Origin: Planctomycetota bacterium
GTDB taxonomy: Bacteria > Planctomycetota > UBA1135 > UBA2386
Direction of reading: 5' to 3'
Length of the DNA: 64,000 bases
NCBI GenBank assembly: GCA_947501605.1
Contig: CANMWZ010000011.1
Coordinates: 1-64,000, forward strand
The translations under genes and the position numbers were made by a program. The notes below the pieces were generated by a model that saw only the letters and a list, made by a program, of their open reading frames with translations, searched no databases and had not been told where the DNA came from. Below, one piece after another: positions 9,802-20,049 of the stretch. Positions within the stretch are counted from its first letter, which is position 1. The number at the start of each line of letters is the position of its first letter.

Positions 9802-10122
9802 ATGAACTGGACCGCGATCGGAAGTCCCGACGAGTTGAAGTTCGACCCGGGCGTGCCGGTGCGCATCGGCAAGCGCTGGATTGCAGTGTTCCGGCAGGGC
9901 ACCGGCGACCTCGTCGAGTACTTCGCCATCGACAACGCCTGCCCGCACGCGTCGGCACCGCTGTGCGACGGCACGCAGATGCACGGCAAGATCGTCTGCT
10001 CCCTACACCTTTGGGAGTTCGACCTGCGCACGGGCGCGTGCGATGTGGCCGGCGACTGGTCGGTGGCGACCTATCCGGTCCGCGAGCGCGACGGCCAGCT
10101 CGAAGTCGGCACCCCGGACTGA
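9802..10122 (+). CDS. Rieske [2Fe-2S] ferredoxin (NirD/dioxygenase ferredoxin-like)
   Basis: DNACPH...IVCSLHLWEFDLRTG Rieske motifs; start ATG 9802. Confidence 0.9.
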   Translation: MNWTAIGSPDELKFDPGVPVRIGKRWIAVFRQGTGDLVEYFAIDNACPHASAPLCDGTQMHGKIVCSLHLWEFDLRTGACDVAGDWSVATYPVRERDGQLEVGTPD

Positions 10123-10255
10123 GGGCCTCGCGTTCGCAAGCAAGCGAAGGCCACGGTTCGCTCGCAGCAGCGCGTGCCGACCCTCAGGGCGCCATCTGCA
10201 GGGACAAAGGCAACTGGGAACTGGAAGCTACTGGGATCCTCGACGATCCTCGACG

Positions 10256-10594
10256 CTACTGGGGCAGCCGGGACCCGGCTGCGCCCGGCATCGAGTCCTG
10301 CGGCGCCACCCAGCTAGCGGGCTGCGCCATGGGCACCGGCGACGCATCCAGGTCTCGCGGCATCACCAAGTGTCGATTCCCCAGGACCTGCACCGGCGAG
10401 TGCGGCGCGCGCATGCGCACGAGCCAGATCGGCGCAAACGCCTGGGCCGGCTGCAGCCTGTGCTCTGTTCGCACAGACGTGGCCGGGCTTCTCGGTTGCA
10501 ACCCGCACTCGCGGCGAGGCAGCAGGGGATTGCCGAAGGCCAGGGCTCCCACGAGCAGAGAACTCACAGACACAAGGCAGCAGGACGTACGCAT
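10256..10594 (-). CDS. Possible small secreted hypothetical protein
   Basis: MRTSCCLVSVSSLLVGALAFG signal-like N-terminus; fills an otherwise empty 700-bp gap; no recognisable domain. Confidence 0.33.
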   Translation of the reverse strand: MRTSCCLVSVSSLLVGALAFGNPLLPRRECGLQPRSPATSVRTEHRLQPAQAFAPIWLVRMRAPHSPVQVLGNRHLVMPRDLDASPVPMAQPASWVAPQDSMPGAAGSRLPQ

Positions 10595-10825
10595 GCGGAG
10601 AGGACGAGGACTCCGCGGTGGGAACGCGGATGGGAGCGGCGCACTCTCCCAGGCGGAGGCCGGTTGGACAAGGGGGTGGACCCGCTCGCGCAAGGGGGCT
10701 GCGCCTGCGGGCACCGCTGCGCGCACTGCGGCAGGCTCGTTCCGGTCAGGGGAAGGCGAGCATTCGCCAAGCCGAGCCTCTATCTTCCGCCCCCTTTCCC
10801 AGCGCCATAACCGCCCAGCCACCAC

Positions 10826-12337
10826 GTGACCGACGGCATCCAGAAGGATCGACTCGAGAAGCTCCTCGCCATGCAACAGGCGGGAGTCGACGCCTACCCC
10901 CCACGCGTCCCACGCGGCATCCACATCGGACCAGTGCTGCGTGAGTTCGACGCCAGCATCGGCAAAACGGTGACGTTTTGCGGTCGCCTGGGGCAGGTGC
11001 GCGACTTCGGCAAGTTGCGCTTCTCGCACCTCTCCGACCGCAGCGGCAGCATCCAGGTAGGTTTCGAACGCGACCACCTGCCGGACTTCTGGCCCGACCG
11101 CAAGCGCGTCGAAGCCAATGACCTCGTCGCGATCACGGGCGAACTGGGCCGGACCCAAAAAGGGGAACCGACACTCTGGGCCCGTGACGTGGTGCTGGCC
11201 AGCAAGGCGCTGCGTGCGGCCCCCGAAAAGTGGCACGGCCTGCAAGACCAGGAGCAGCGCTACCGACAGCGCTACGTCGACCTGTTTGCGAGCGAGGACG
11301 TTCGCAAGACCTTCCTGCTGCGCAGCCAGATCGTGCGCGAGGTGCGGGCCTACTTCGATTCGCTCGGCTACTGCGAAGTCGAGACGCCGATCCTACAACC
11401 GATTTTCGGCGGCGCCGCCGCCCGTCCATTCAAGACGCACCACAACGCGCTCGACATGCCGTTGTACCTGCGCATCGCGCCCGAGCTCTACCTGAAGCGC
11501 CTCATCGTCGGCGGCCTGGAGCGGGTCTACGAGCTCGGCAGGGTGTTCCGCAACGAAGGCATCAGCACGCGGCACAACCCCGAGTTCACGATGATCGAGA
11601 GCTACGAGGCCTGGGCCGACTACCGCGACATCATGGACCGCGTCGAGGGCCTGTTTGCGCACCTCTGCGGCGCCGTGCTCGACAACCGCACGGTGGTCAC
11701 CTTCCGCGACAAGCAGTTCGACCTGAAGCCGCCATTCCAGAAGGCCTCCTACCTCGAACTCTTCAAGCAGCACAACTCCGGGCTCGATTGGTTCGACCAC
11801 ACAGCAGTGGTGCAGCGCGCCCGGCAGTTGCGACTGCCAATCGACGGCATCGCGCCGCACAAGCTCGCCAACGACGTGTTCGAAGCAACGGTCGAAGACA
11901 CGTTGCAGGGTCCGATCTTCGTCTACGACTACCCGGTCGCCATCAGCCCGCTGGCCAAGCGCACGACCGCGGACCCACGCGTCACCGAGCGCTTCGAGTT
12001 CTTCGTCTGCGGCATGGAACTCGGCAACGCCTTCAGCGAGCTCAACGATCCGATCGACCAGGAGCAGCGCTTCCAGCAGCAGCTCCTGCACGTGGACGAA
12101 GAGCAGCCCAGCGAGATGGACGTCGACTACGTCACGGCTCTTGAGTACGGCATGCCGCCAGCGGGTGGACTCGGCATCGGCATCGACCGCCTGTGCATGC
12201 TGTTGTCCGGCAGCAACTCGATCCGCGACGTCGTGCTGTTCCCGCTGTTGCGCCGCGTCGAACAGGACGCCACCGTGCAAGCCAGTAGCGCGCCGCCCAC
12301 ACCAAAGGGCCCGCAACCGAAGACGGCGGGGAGCTGA
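10826..12337 (+). CDS. lysS: Lysine--tRNA ligase (class II)
   Basis: [53 protein letters not shown] and [16 protein letters not shown]. Confidence 0.98.
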   Translation: MTDGIQKDRLEKLLAMQQAGVDAYPPRVPRGIHIGPVLREFDASIGKTVTFCGRLGQVRDFGKLRFSHLSDRSGSIQVGFERDHLPDFWPDRKRVEANDLVAITGELGRTQKGEPTLWARDVVLASKALRAAPEKWHGLQDQEQRYRQRYVDLFASEDVRKTFLLRSQIVREVRAYFDSLGYCEVETPILQPIFGGAAARPFKTHHNALDMPLYLRIAPELYLKRLIVGGLERVYELGRVFRNEGISTRHNPEFTMIESYEAWADYRDIMDRVEGLFAHLCGAVLDNRTVVTFRDKQFDLKPPFQKASYLELFKQHNSGLDWFDHTAVVQRARQLRLPIDGIAPHKLANDVFEATVEDTLQGPIFVYDYPVAISPLAKRTTADPRVTERFEFFVCGMELGNAFSELNDPIDQEQRFQQQLLHVDEEQPSEMDVDYVTALEYGMPPAGGLGIGIDRLCMLLSGSNSIRDVVLFPLLRRVEQDATVQASSAPPTPKGPQPKTAGS

Positions 12338-12348
12338 CGTTGGGTCCG

Positions 12349-13803
12349 ATGTTCTCGTGGGTGCTGGCCCTCCGCTACTTGCAACGGCGCTGGGTCAACG
12401 TGCTCGGGACCATTGGCGTCATGGTCGCAGTCTGGTCGTTGATCGTCGTACGCGGCGTGTTCTCCGGGTTCATCGAGGACATTCGTGCCGACGTGCGGCG
12501 CAGTTCCCCTGACTTGATGGTCACCGGACTGCCGCTGCAGACGAGCTTCTCCTCGATCGATGCGGCTCTGCGTGGTGACGACGAGGTTGCCGCCACGGCG
12601 CCGCGCCTGCGCCACTATGGCACGTTCTTCCAGCGGAGCGGCGGTGCGACACTGCAGTCCGTCGAACTCGAGTTCAGCAACGTGGACAGCAGCTTCGTGC
12701 AACTGGTCGGTATCGACCCGCAGCGCGAACGCGACGTGACCTCGTTCGACGACTGGCTCGCGCGCGGCCGCAAGCGCACCGCCCGCGATCCCGCCGATCA
12801 CGGCGCCCCGGAACTCGGCAGCAACCTCGAAGTGCCGGCGAAACTCGAGTACTTCGCGCGGCGACGCCTCGATCTATCGGTGCCGGCGGATCCGGAGGAC
12901 TTTCGCTCGCTGTGGCCCGGCCTGCTTCTGGGCAAAGAGCGCACGCGCTACCAACGCGGCCTCGATATCGGATCGCCACTCGACCTACTGAGCGTCGACT
13001 ACGTCGCGCGCGCCGCCGGCGAACCCGTGCGGGCGATCACGCTGCAGCGGACCTTTGCGTTTGCAGGCACGTTCCAGACCGGGGCGCGGCTGTTCGACGA
13101 CTCGATGGCCATCGTGCCGATCGAGCCCCTCCGCACGATGCTCGGCCACGATGCCCTCGACGAGGGCAGCATCGACCTCTGCACCGACGTTGCCGTCCGC
13201 GCCACGAAGGGACTGACCATCGAGCAGCTGCAGACACTTGCCGATCGCCTGGTCGACCGGGTCAAGCAAGCGCTCGGCACGCCGATGCCCACCGGCTGCA
13301 AGCCCGAAGTGCTGACCTGGGAGCAACAGAACGCGGTGTTCTTGGACGCAGTCGACACCGAGCGGGCGATGACCACGCTGGTCCTCTTCGCCGTGATGCT
13401 CATCGCTGCGTTCCTGATCTTCGCGACCCTGCACATGATGGTGACGCAGAAGACCAAGGACATCGGCATCCTCACGGCTCTCGGCGGGTCCCAGCGTGGC
13501 GTCGGCCAGATCTTCACCCGATGCGGCATGGTCATCGGCGCGTTCGGAGTCGTCGGCGGCGTGGGGCTCGGGCTCGCGACGCTGTGGAACCTGAACCCCA
13601 TCAATGATTGGCTGTTCGAGAGCATCGGCTTCGAGTTGTTCCCACGGACCTTGTTCGACTTGCCCAAGGTGCCCTACCGCATCGAGACGCCCTGGCTCGT
13701 CGGCGTCGCAGCTGCGGCCTTCGTGCTGACCTTGTTCGTGGCCTGGGTGCCAGCGCGTATGGCCGCGCGCATGCATCCGGTCAAAGCGCTGAGTTACGAA
13801 TGA
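12349..13803 (+). CDS. LolC/E-like (FtsX/MacB family) lipoprotein-releasing ABC permease
   Basis: LALRYL N-terminus, MMVTQKTKDIGILTALG and ARMAARMHPVKALSYE; alternative TTG start at 12340. Confidence 0.88.
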   Translation: MFSWVLALRYLQRRWVNVLGTIGVMVAVWSLIVVRGVFSGFIEDIRADVRRSSPDLMVTGLPLQTSFSSIDAALRGDDEVAATAPRLRHYGTFFQRSGGATLQSVELEFSNVDSSFVQLVGIDPQRERDVTSFDDWLARGRKRTARDPADHGAPELGSNLEVPAKLEYFARRRLDLSVPADPEDFRSLWPGLLLGKERTRYQRGLDIGSPLDLLSVDYVARAAGEPVRAITLQRTFAFAGTFQTGARLFDDSMAIVPIEPLRTMLGHDALDEGSIDLCTDVAVRATKGLTIEQLQTLADRLVDRVKQALGTPMPTGCKPEVLTWEQQNAVFLDAVDTERAMTTLVLFAVMLIAAFLIFATLHMMVTQKTKDIGILTALGGSQRGVGQIFTRCGMVIGAFGVVGGVGLGLATLWNLNPINDWLFESIGFELFPRTLFDLPKVPYRIETPWLVGVAAAAFVLTLFVAWVPARMAARMHPVKALSYE

Positions 13804-14495
13804 ACGCCCCTGTCCTGTCCGCCGAAGCCGTCACCAAGAGCTATTGGCTCGGCAAGCGAGAGATCCCCATCCTGAAGGGCGTGGACTTGGCGGTCCAACG
13901 CGGCGAGATGGTCGCGCTCCTGGGCGCGTCCGGCGCCGGCAAATCGACGCTCCTGCACGTGCTCGGGCTGCTCGATGCGCCGACGACCGGTCGCGTGCTC
14001 TACGACGGCAATCAGGTCCACGACCTAAAGGTCACGGAACGCGCACGATTGCGGCATCAGCACGTTGGGTTCGTGTTCCAGTTCTATCATCTGATCCCTG
14101 AGTTGACGGCGCTGCAGAACGTCTTGCTCACGCGCATGATGCAGTGCTCGGTGGCCCAATACTGGCGGCAGCGCAAAGCGACGCGCCAGGAGGCGGAGTC
14201 CATCCTCGGCGACGTCGGGCTGAGTTCGCGCCTTTTGCATCGCCCAAGCGAACTCTCGGGCGGCGAACGCCAGCGCGTCGCCATCGCGCGCGCTCTGCTG
14301 CAGAACCCACGCGTAGTTCTGGCCGACGAACCGACTGGCAACCTCGATTCCGAGACCGCGGATGGCGTGATGGACCTCCTGTTCCGCATAAACCGCGAGC
14401 GGCAACTCGCCTTCCTGCTGGTGACGCACAACGAAGAACTCGCCAAGCGCTGCCACCGCGTGGTGCGCCTGCGCGACGGCGTGGTGGTCAACTGA
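13800..14495 (+). CDS. lolD: LolD-like ABC transporter ATP-binding protein
   Basis: GASGAGKST, VFQFYHLIPE, LSGGERQRVAIARAL and ADEPTGNLD; ATGA overlap with the upstream permease. Confidence 0.9.
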   Translation: MNAPVLSAEAVTKSYWLGKREIPILKGVDLAVQRGEMVALLGASGAGKSTLLHVLGLLDAPTTGRVLYDGNQVHDLKVTERARLRHQHVGFVFQFYHLIPELTALQNVLLTRMMQCSVAQYWRQRKATRQEAESILGDVGLSSRLLHRPSELSGGERQRVAIARALLQNPRVVLADEPTGNLDSETADGVMDLLFRINRERQLAFLLVTHNEELAKRCHRVVRLRDGVVVN

Positions 14496-15868
14496 TGTAC
14501 CGGCTGTTCCTCGCCACCCGTTACCTGCTGTCGCGCCCGATCAACTTGCTCGGAATGGGCGGCGTCACGCTCGGCGTCTGGGCCCTGATCGTTGTGGTCT
14601 CGATCTTCTCGGGTTTCCTGCGCGTCGTCGGCGAACACGTGCGTTCGGCATCCGCCGACATCTCGGTGTGGTTCCTGCCGGAGAGTGCGCGTTTTGCCCC
14701 GCTGCAGAAGGCGATTCTGGAGATCCCCAATGTCGCCGCCACCGCGCCGCGGCTCGTCCACTTCGGCCTGTTGAACCGTCCCGGCGAACAGCCATCGCCA
14801 CCGCCGCTGCTCGGCCGCGGTGCGTTGCAAGGCGGCGACACACCGTTCGTGTTCGTGCTCGGCATCGATCCAGAACGCGACCGCGCGACGACGGCCCTCG
14901 ACTCCTGGCTGCTGGCCGTCGCTCCGGGCAACCGGGTGAAGGACCCCTCGCACCCACTGGCACGCATCGACGGCCGACCGGCGATCCTGCTCGGCGAACA
15001 ACGCATGCGCAACAGTGGCCTGCGCATCGGCGACCTGCTGGCAGTCAGCACCGGGCGCGTCGAGCGCGGTGCCGACGGCGGGCGCAGCCTCGTGCAGGTC
15101 ACAGCAGAGTCCGTCGGTGGCAGCGGTCGCGATGCGCCCGTGTTCGTCGTCGCCGGTGCCTACCACACCCAGCACACCGGCTACGACGGCAACAACGCAC
15201 TGGTGCACATCGACGACTTGCGAGCAATGCTCGGCTTGGCTCCCGATGCCGTGCAGGAGATCGCCGTCAAAGTGCAAGACACGGCGTCGACCGAGGTCAC
15301 CGCCGAGCGCATCGAGCGAGCCGTGCGCCGCGAACTCGGCTACGAGAGCGGCTCCCTCCAACGCGCGCCGCTCGCGTACTCCTGGCGCGAGCGCCACCGC
15401 GGTTTTCTCGAGGGCGTCGAGTGGCAGCGGGCACTGATGAAGATCATCCTGATCGTCATCATGATCACGGCAGCCGTGCTGATGTACGCGACGCTGTCGA
15501 TGATGGTCGCGGAGAAGACCTCGGACATCGGCATCCTGTGCGCGCTCGGTGGCTCGCCCCGAGGCGTCATGACGGTGTTCTTGGCGTGTGGTCTGTCGAT
15601 CACCGTCTGCGGCATCGTGGTCGGCACCGCCGCCGGCTGCGTGTCGGCGATCTACCTCGAGGAGTTCCGCCAGTTCGTGCTGTGGCTGTGCGGCATCGAC
15701 CTGTTCCCGGTCAAGGTCTACAACCTCGATCGCGTGCCGCACGAACTCGACCCGCTCTGGATCCTGCAAGTGGCCGCCATGGCCATCGCGGTCGGAACCG
15801 TGGTGTCCGCGCTACCGGCGCTGCGCGCGGCGCGGCATGATCCGCTCGTGTCGCTGCGTGGCAACTGA
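14495..15868 (+). CDS. LolC/E-like lipoprotein-releasing ABC permease
   Basis: MYRLFLATRYL, MMVAEKTSDIGILCALG and PALRAARHDPLVSLR; TGATG overlap with lolD. Confidence 0.88.
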   Translation: MYRLFLATRYLLSRPINLLGMGGVTLGVWALIVVVSIFSGFLRVVGEHVRSASADISVWFLPESARFAPLQKAILEIPNVAATAPRLVHFGLLNRPGEQPSPPPLLGRGALQGGDTPFVFVLGIDPERDRATTALDSWLLAVAPGNRVKDPSHPLARIDGRPAILLGEQRMRNSGLRIGDLLAVSTGRVERGADGGRSLVQVTAESVGGSGRDAPVFVVAGAYHTQHTGYDGNNALVHIDDLRAMLGLAPDAVQEIAVKVQDTASTEVTAERIERAVRRELGYESGSLQRAPLAYSWRERHRGFLEGVEWQRALMKIILIVIMITAAVLMYATLSMMVAEKTSDIGILCALGGSPRGVMTVFLACGLSITVCGIVVGTAAGCVSAIYLEEFRQFVLWLCGIDLFPVKVYNLDRVPHELDPLWILQVAAMAIAVGTVVSALPALRAARHDPLVSLRGN

Positions 15869-15891
15869 GCCCGCTGCCGATACAGACGGCG

Positions 15892-16455
15892 ATGCGAACT
15901 CCGATCGAAACGCCAGAACGAACGTGGGTCGGAATGGCCCCGTTGCTGCTGCTCGCGCTGCTCATGGCGGCGTGTTCGGGCGCCCCGGCTCGCAATGGAC
16001 AGCGGCCGCTCGACGCCGCCGCGCATTCGGCGGCGCGCTTGTTCGATCAGTTCTTGTGCCCTCGGGCCATCGCGACCGACCTGGGCCAGATGCGGGCGAG
16101 CGCTAGACAGCTCGGCGATGGCGAACTCGACCTCGGCACGGCGCGGTCCACCGGTGCCGCAATGGTGGCCGTCGAGACGAAGCGCCCCCGTGGCGCTACC
16201 AGCTCGACCGTTGCGGCCCTGGTCCGCGAGGAACACCGCCTCGGGGATCTGCGACACTCGCAGGCTTGGGGAATGCTCGACCCGCAGCCTGACCTTGTCG
16301 ACTTGAGCCGTGACATGCGGGCACTGCCGCAGATGCTCCGCTTGGACCGCCGGATGATGGCCGAACCCGAAGATCTGCAGCACCGCAGCAATCCGCACGA
16401 CGACCGCCCCGAAGCGAGCTGGTCGGCTCGGTTCTTCCGACGCATCCTGCCCTGA
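15892..16455 (+). CDS. Hypothetical lipoprotein
   Basis: LLLLALLMAAC lipobox; directly follows the lol-like operon. Confidence 0.7.
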   Translation: MRTPIETPERTWVGMAPLLLLALLMAACSGAPARNGQRPLDAAAHSAARLFDQFLCPRAIATDLGQMRASARQLGDGELDLGTARSTGAAMVAVETKRPRGATSSTVAALVREEHRLGDLRHSQAWGMLDPQPDLVDLSRDMRALPQMLRLDRRMMAEPEDLQHRSNPHDDRPEASWSARFFRRILP

Positions 16456-16570
16456 TTGCGCGCCTCGACCCGAGCGACTCTGTCAGGTCCTCGTCCCGCG
16501 GCTCGCAGGGAGACCTCCTGCCGCGTAGAAGCACTCTTCCGCGCACGTCCGCGCGCCAGCCGAGAACCCC

Positions 16571-18187
16571 ATGGGCATGACTGCACGACTCCGCCATTCC
16601 GCTCTTCTCCTCTCTTGCCTTTCGCTCAGCGCGGCACTCGCGGCGCAGAAGGCCCTGCCCCCAGACCGCAGCGGCGGCGCCGGCGCCGTGACGCTCGGAG
16701 AAGCCAAGGCTTGGCTCCACCACCTGGCCGGTCCTGAACTGAGCGGCCGCGGCACCGGGCAACCGGGGTTTCGACTGGCCGCCGATTACGTGCGCGACCA
16801 CTTCCAGAAGCTTGGCCTCGAACCTGGGGCCAGCGGGTCATGGTTCCAGGACATGCCGTGGACCGCGCGCGAGCCGATGGTCGCGGAGAGCAAGCTGACG
16901 TTCCGTCTTGGCGACAAGATCCTCGAGATTCCGGGGACGCGTCTCTCCGGCTCTGTCAGTACCGCGCTCGCTGCCACCGGCCAAGTGACGCTGCTGACAA
17001 CCGTCGAAACCGACCAGCTCGAGGACGCCAAGCTCGAGGGCCAGGTGGTCATCGTCGCGCTACCGCCGGAGGTCGAGGAGAGCAACGCCCGCGGCCGCGG
17101 CCGCAATCGCCAGTTCCAAGTGATGCGCGCCCTGCAGGGCAAGAACGCCGCCACCGTGCTGATGGCCCAGACCGAGCAGGTTAGCGGCGGTTTGCTGGGT
17201 TCGAGCGGCCCCGGCCGCGGCAACAACGCTGCGGCCCGAGGGCGCGGCCGGATGCCGTCGATGCTGTCGTTCGGCGGCGAGGACTTGAAGGCGCTGCTCG
17301 AACTCGCAGACCTCAAGGAGCTGCCGGCGAAGGGCGTGCACGCGCTGGCGCTGCAGGCGGAGATCCGCGTTCCCATCGAGGAGAAGCAGGCCCCTGCCTG
17401 CAACGTCGTCGGCATCCTGAAGGGCCGCGACGAGACGCTGCAGAAGGAGTTCGTTGTCATCGGCAGCCACCTCGACCACCTCGGTCGGGTCCGTGACACG
17501 ATCTATCCTGGCGCCGACGACGACGGCTCAGGGACGACGGGCGTGCTGGCGGTGGCGCAGATGTTTGCCAAGAACCACGTGCGCCCGGCGCGCAGCATCC
17601 TGTTCGTCTGCTTCTGCGGCGAGGAGATGGGGCTGCTCGGCTCGCGCTACTTCGCCGACAACTCGCCGATTCCGCTCGAGTCAATCGTCGCCGAACTGCA
17701 GATGGACATGATCGGCCGCGACGAAGAAGAGAACGCCGAGGGCGACAAGGGGGAGAAGGCGGAGGACAACCGCAACTCGGTCCATCTGATCGGCACCAAG
17801 CAACTGGCTCCGGCGTTGCACGAACTCTGCATGGCACGCAACGAGACTGCCGCCTTCGACATCGAGTGGGACCAGGAGGGGATGTTCAGCCGCAGCGATC
17901 ACGCGAACTTCGCGCGCCTGGGGGTCCCCATCGCCTTCTTCTTCACCGGTCTGCACCGCGACTACCACCAGGCGACGGACACGCCGGACAAGATCCACTA
18001 CGAGAAGTTGCTGCGCATCGCGACCTGGGTCTACGACATCGGCTTCGAACTGGCGACGCAGCCGGGTCGGCCGCAGATCGACCCGCAACTGTGGCGCGAC
18101 TATGACGGCAAGGGGCGACCACAGCCCGCGGCCCCGCTACTGCCCGAAACGAAGCCGGACGAGCCGAGCAAGGCCGCCGGCAAGTAG
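16571..18187 (+). CDS. M28 family secreted aminopeptidase
   Basis: Signal peptide; SHLDHLG, GADDDGSG, GEEMGLLGS, MDMIGR, RSDH and DYHQATD motifs. Confidence 0.93.
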   Translation: MGMTARLRHSALLLSCLSLSAALAAQKALPPDRSGGAGAVTLGEAKAWLHHLAGPELSGRGTGQPGFRLAADYVRDHFQKLGLEPGASGSWFQDMPWTAREPMVAESKLTFRLGDKILEIPGTRLSGSVSTALAATGQVTLLTTVETDQLEDAKLEGQVVIVALPPEVEESNARGRGRNRQFQVMRALQGKNAATVLMAQTEQVSGGLLGSSGPGRGNNAAARGRGRMPSMLSFGGEDLKALLELADLKELPAKGVHALALQAEIRVPIEEKQAPACNVVGILKGRDETLQKEFVVIGSHLDHLGRVRDTIYPGADDDGSGTTGVLAVAQMFAKNHVRPARSILFVCFCGEEMGLLGSRYFADNSPIPLESIVAELQMDMIGRDEEENAEGDKGEKAEDNRNSVHLIGTKQLAPALHELCMARNETAAFDIEWDQEGMFSRSDHANFARLGVPIAFFFTGLHRDYHQATDTPDKIHYEKLLRIATWVYDIGFELATQPGRPQIDPQLWRDYDGKGRPQPAAPLLPETKPDEPSKAAGK

Positions 18188-18333
18188 CGGCGCACGGCAA
18201 AGCGCGACCAGCCCATCGAAGCAGGACGCCGGCGCTGAAGGAACGTCGAAAGCGCCGAGCTGCGGGAGCCAGTCACACGCCATGGCAGTGGCGGCACCCG
18301 CAGTCCTTAGGCGACCGCGCTCGACGGCAGCGG

Positions 18334-19002
18334 TTAGCGGTCCCACTCGCGCATCGCGCGCGGAGCACTCAGGATCTCGAAGATCACGATCGCGCGCTTC
18401 AGATCGCCAAGTTGGGCCAGCCCGCGGTGGTGCTCGCTCACAGCGCTGACGCTGCGACCGCGACCGCCCAGCGTGCCCATTTCGTGGGCAGCAACCCCGC
18501 CAGAGCGCGGGGACTTGCGCGCCTGCATGCTCTCGCCGACGTGCGGGTCGACATGCGTGCCGATGCGGGCGAACTGGCTGGGCCGCATCACGTGGGACCC
18601 GACGTCACCTTCGCTCGCCTCTTGGCGACGCAGTGGCTCGGCCGCCTCGGGACGACGCAGCGGCGGTGCCGGCGGCTGTCGCGGAGCGGCGGGCTTCGGC
18701 GCTGGCTTCTGCTCACGCTTGGCAAGCAGAGCTGGCTCCATGCCGAGGATGCGCCGCATCTCGGCGGCGACCTCTTCCGCAGTACGAGCGCGACGCGCAG
18801 TCTCGGCCCGCTGCGGCAGGGATCCCTGCGAGCCGCCATTGGCGACGGTCGGCGGCGACGACGGCGCACGGCGCTGCTGCAGTTCAGCACGCTTCTTCTT
18901 CGCGTGAATTGCCTTGCCGATGCCGCCGGCGATCCAGCCGATCACGATCACGAGGATCAGCGGCTCGCGCAGCAGCAGTTCGATCAGCTTGTCGATCGGC
19001 AT
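18334..19002 (-). CDS. YqfB-like membrane-anchored protein downstream of floA
   Basis: Single N-terminal TM, low-complexity middle, C-terminal LKRAIVIFEILSAPRA motif; third gene of an nfeD-floA operon. Confidence 0.75.
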   Translation of the reverse strand: MPIDKLIELLLREPLILVIVIGWIAGGIGKAIHAKKKRAELQQRRAPSSPPTVANGGSQGSLPQRAETARRARTAEEVAAEMRRILGMEPALLAKREQKPAPKPAAPRQPPAPPLRRPEAAEPLRRQEASEGDVGSHVMRPSQFARIGTHVDPHVGESMQARKSPRSGGVAAHEMGTLGGRGRSVSAVSEHHRGLAQLGDLKRAIVIFEILSAPRAMREWDR

Positions 19003-19008
19003 CGGAGA

Positions 19009-20049
19009 TCAGGCCTGGCCCGACTGGTTCTTGCGCTCGCGCAACTCGTTGAGGTTGGCCTCTTCGCCAGCGGCGATCTGGCCGCGCATGCGCGTGTCCG
19101 CCTCGATGTTCTTCATCCGCTGGTAGTCCATGATGCCGAGGTTGCCGTTGCGAAAGGCCTCGGCCATGGCCTTGGGCACTTCCGCTTCGGCCAACACGTA
19201 CTTCGCGCGGTTCATAGCGATCTCGGCGATGTTCTCCTGCTCGGCGGCGACGGCCATGGCGCGGCGGCTCTCGGCCGCGGCCTGAGCCACGCGCTTGTCC
19301 GCTTCGGCCTGGTCGGCCTGCAAGCGCGCGCCGATGTTGTCACCAATGTCGACGTCGGCAATGTCGATCGACAGGATCTCGAACGCAGTGCCCGCGTCGA
19401 GCCCTTTGGCAAGCACGCCCTTGCTGATGCGATCGGGGTTCTCCAGCACGTCCTTGTGGGAGTTGCTGCTACCGATGGTGCTGACGATGCCCTCGCCCAC
19501 GCGCGCGATGATCGTCTCCTCCGTGGCACCGCCGACGAGGCGCTGGATGTTGGTGCGCACGGTCACCCGCGCCTTCGCCAAAACCTGGATGCCGTCTTTT
19601 GCCATGGCTGCCACCTTGCCTTCGGCTGGACAGTCGATCACCTTTGGATTGACGCACGTCTGCACGGCCTCGAGCACGTCGCGGCCAGCGAGGTCGATCG
19701 CGGCGGCGCGGTTGAAGTCGAGCCCGAGCGCGGCGCGGTCGGCCGCGATCAGTGCACGCACGACGTTCAGCACATTGCCGCCCGCCAAGTAGTGGGCCTC
19801 GATCTGCCGCGTCGTCAGCGGCACGCCGGCCTGCGTCGAGTTGATCATCGCACGCACGATGACGGTCGGGTCGACCTTGCGCAGCGACATGCCGACGAGT
19901 TGGAACAGGCTGATGTTGGTGCGCGTCATCACCGCCTGGATCCATAAGTTCACAAATTTGAACAGGACCAGGACGAGGACCAGCAGCAGGACCAGCAGGC
20001 CGATGAGGAGCCAAGTCTTGAGGTCGAGATCGGGAGCTCTTGCAATCAT
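19009..20049 (-). CDS. floA: Flotillin-like protein FloA (YqfA family)
   Basis: [53 protein letters not shown] and [16 protein letters not shown]. Confidence 0.95.
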   Translation of the reverse strand: MIARAPDLDLKTWLLIGLLVLLLVLVLVLFKFVNLWIQAVMTRTNISLFQLVGMSLRKVDPTVIVRAMINSTQAGVPLTTRQIEAHYLAGGNVLNVVRALIAADRAALGLDFNRAAAIDLAGRDVLEAVQTCVNPKVIDCPAEGKVAAMAKDGIQVLAKARVTVRTNIQRLVGGATEETIIARVGEGIVSTIGSSNSHKDVLENPDRISKGVLAKGLDAGTAFEILSIDIADVDIGDNIGARLQADQAEADKRVAQAAAESRRAMAVAAEQENIAEIAMNRAKYVLAEAEVPKAMAEAFRNGNLGIMDYQRMKNIEADTRMRGQIAAGEEANLNELRERKNQSGQA

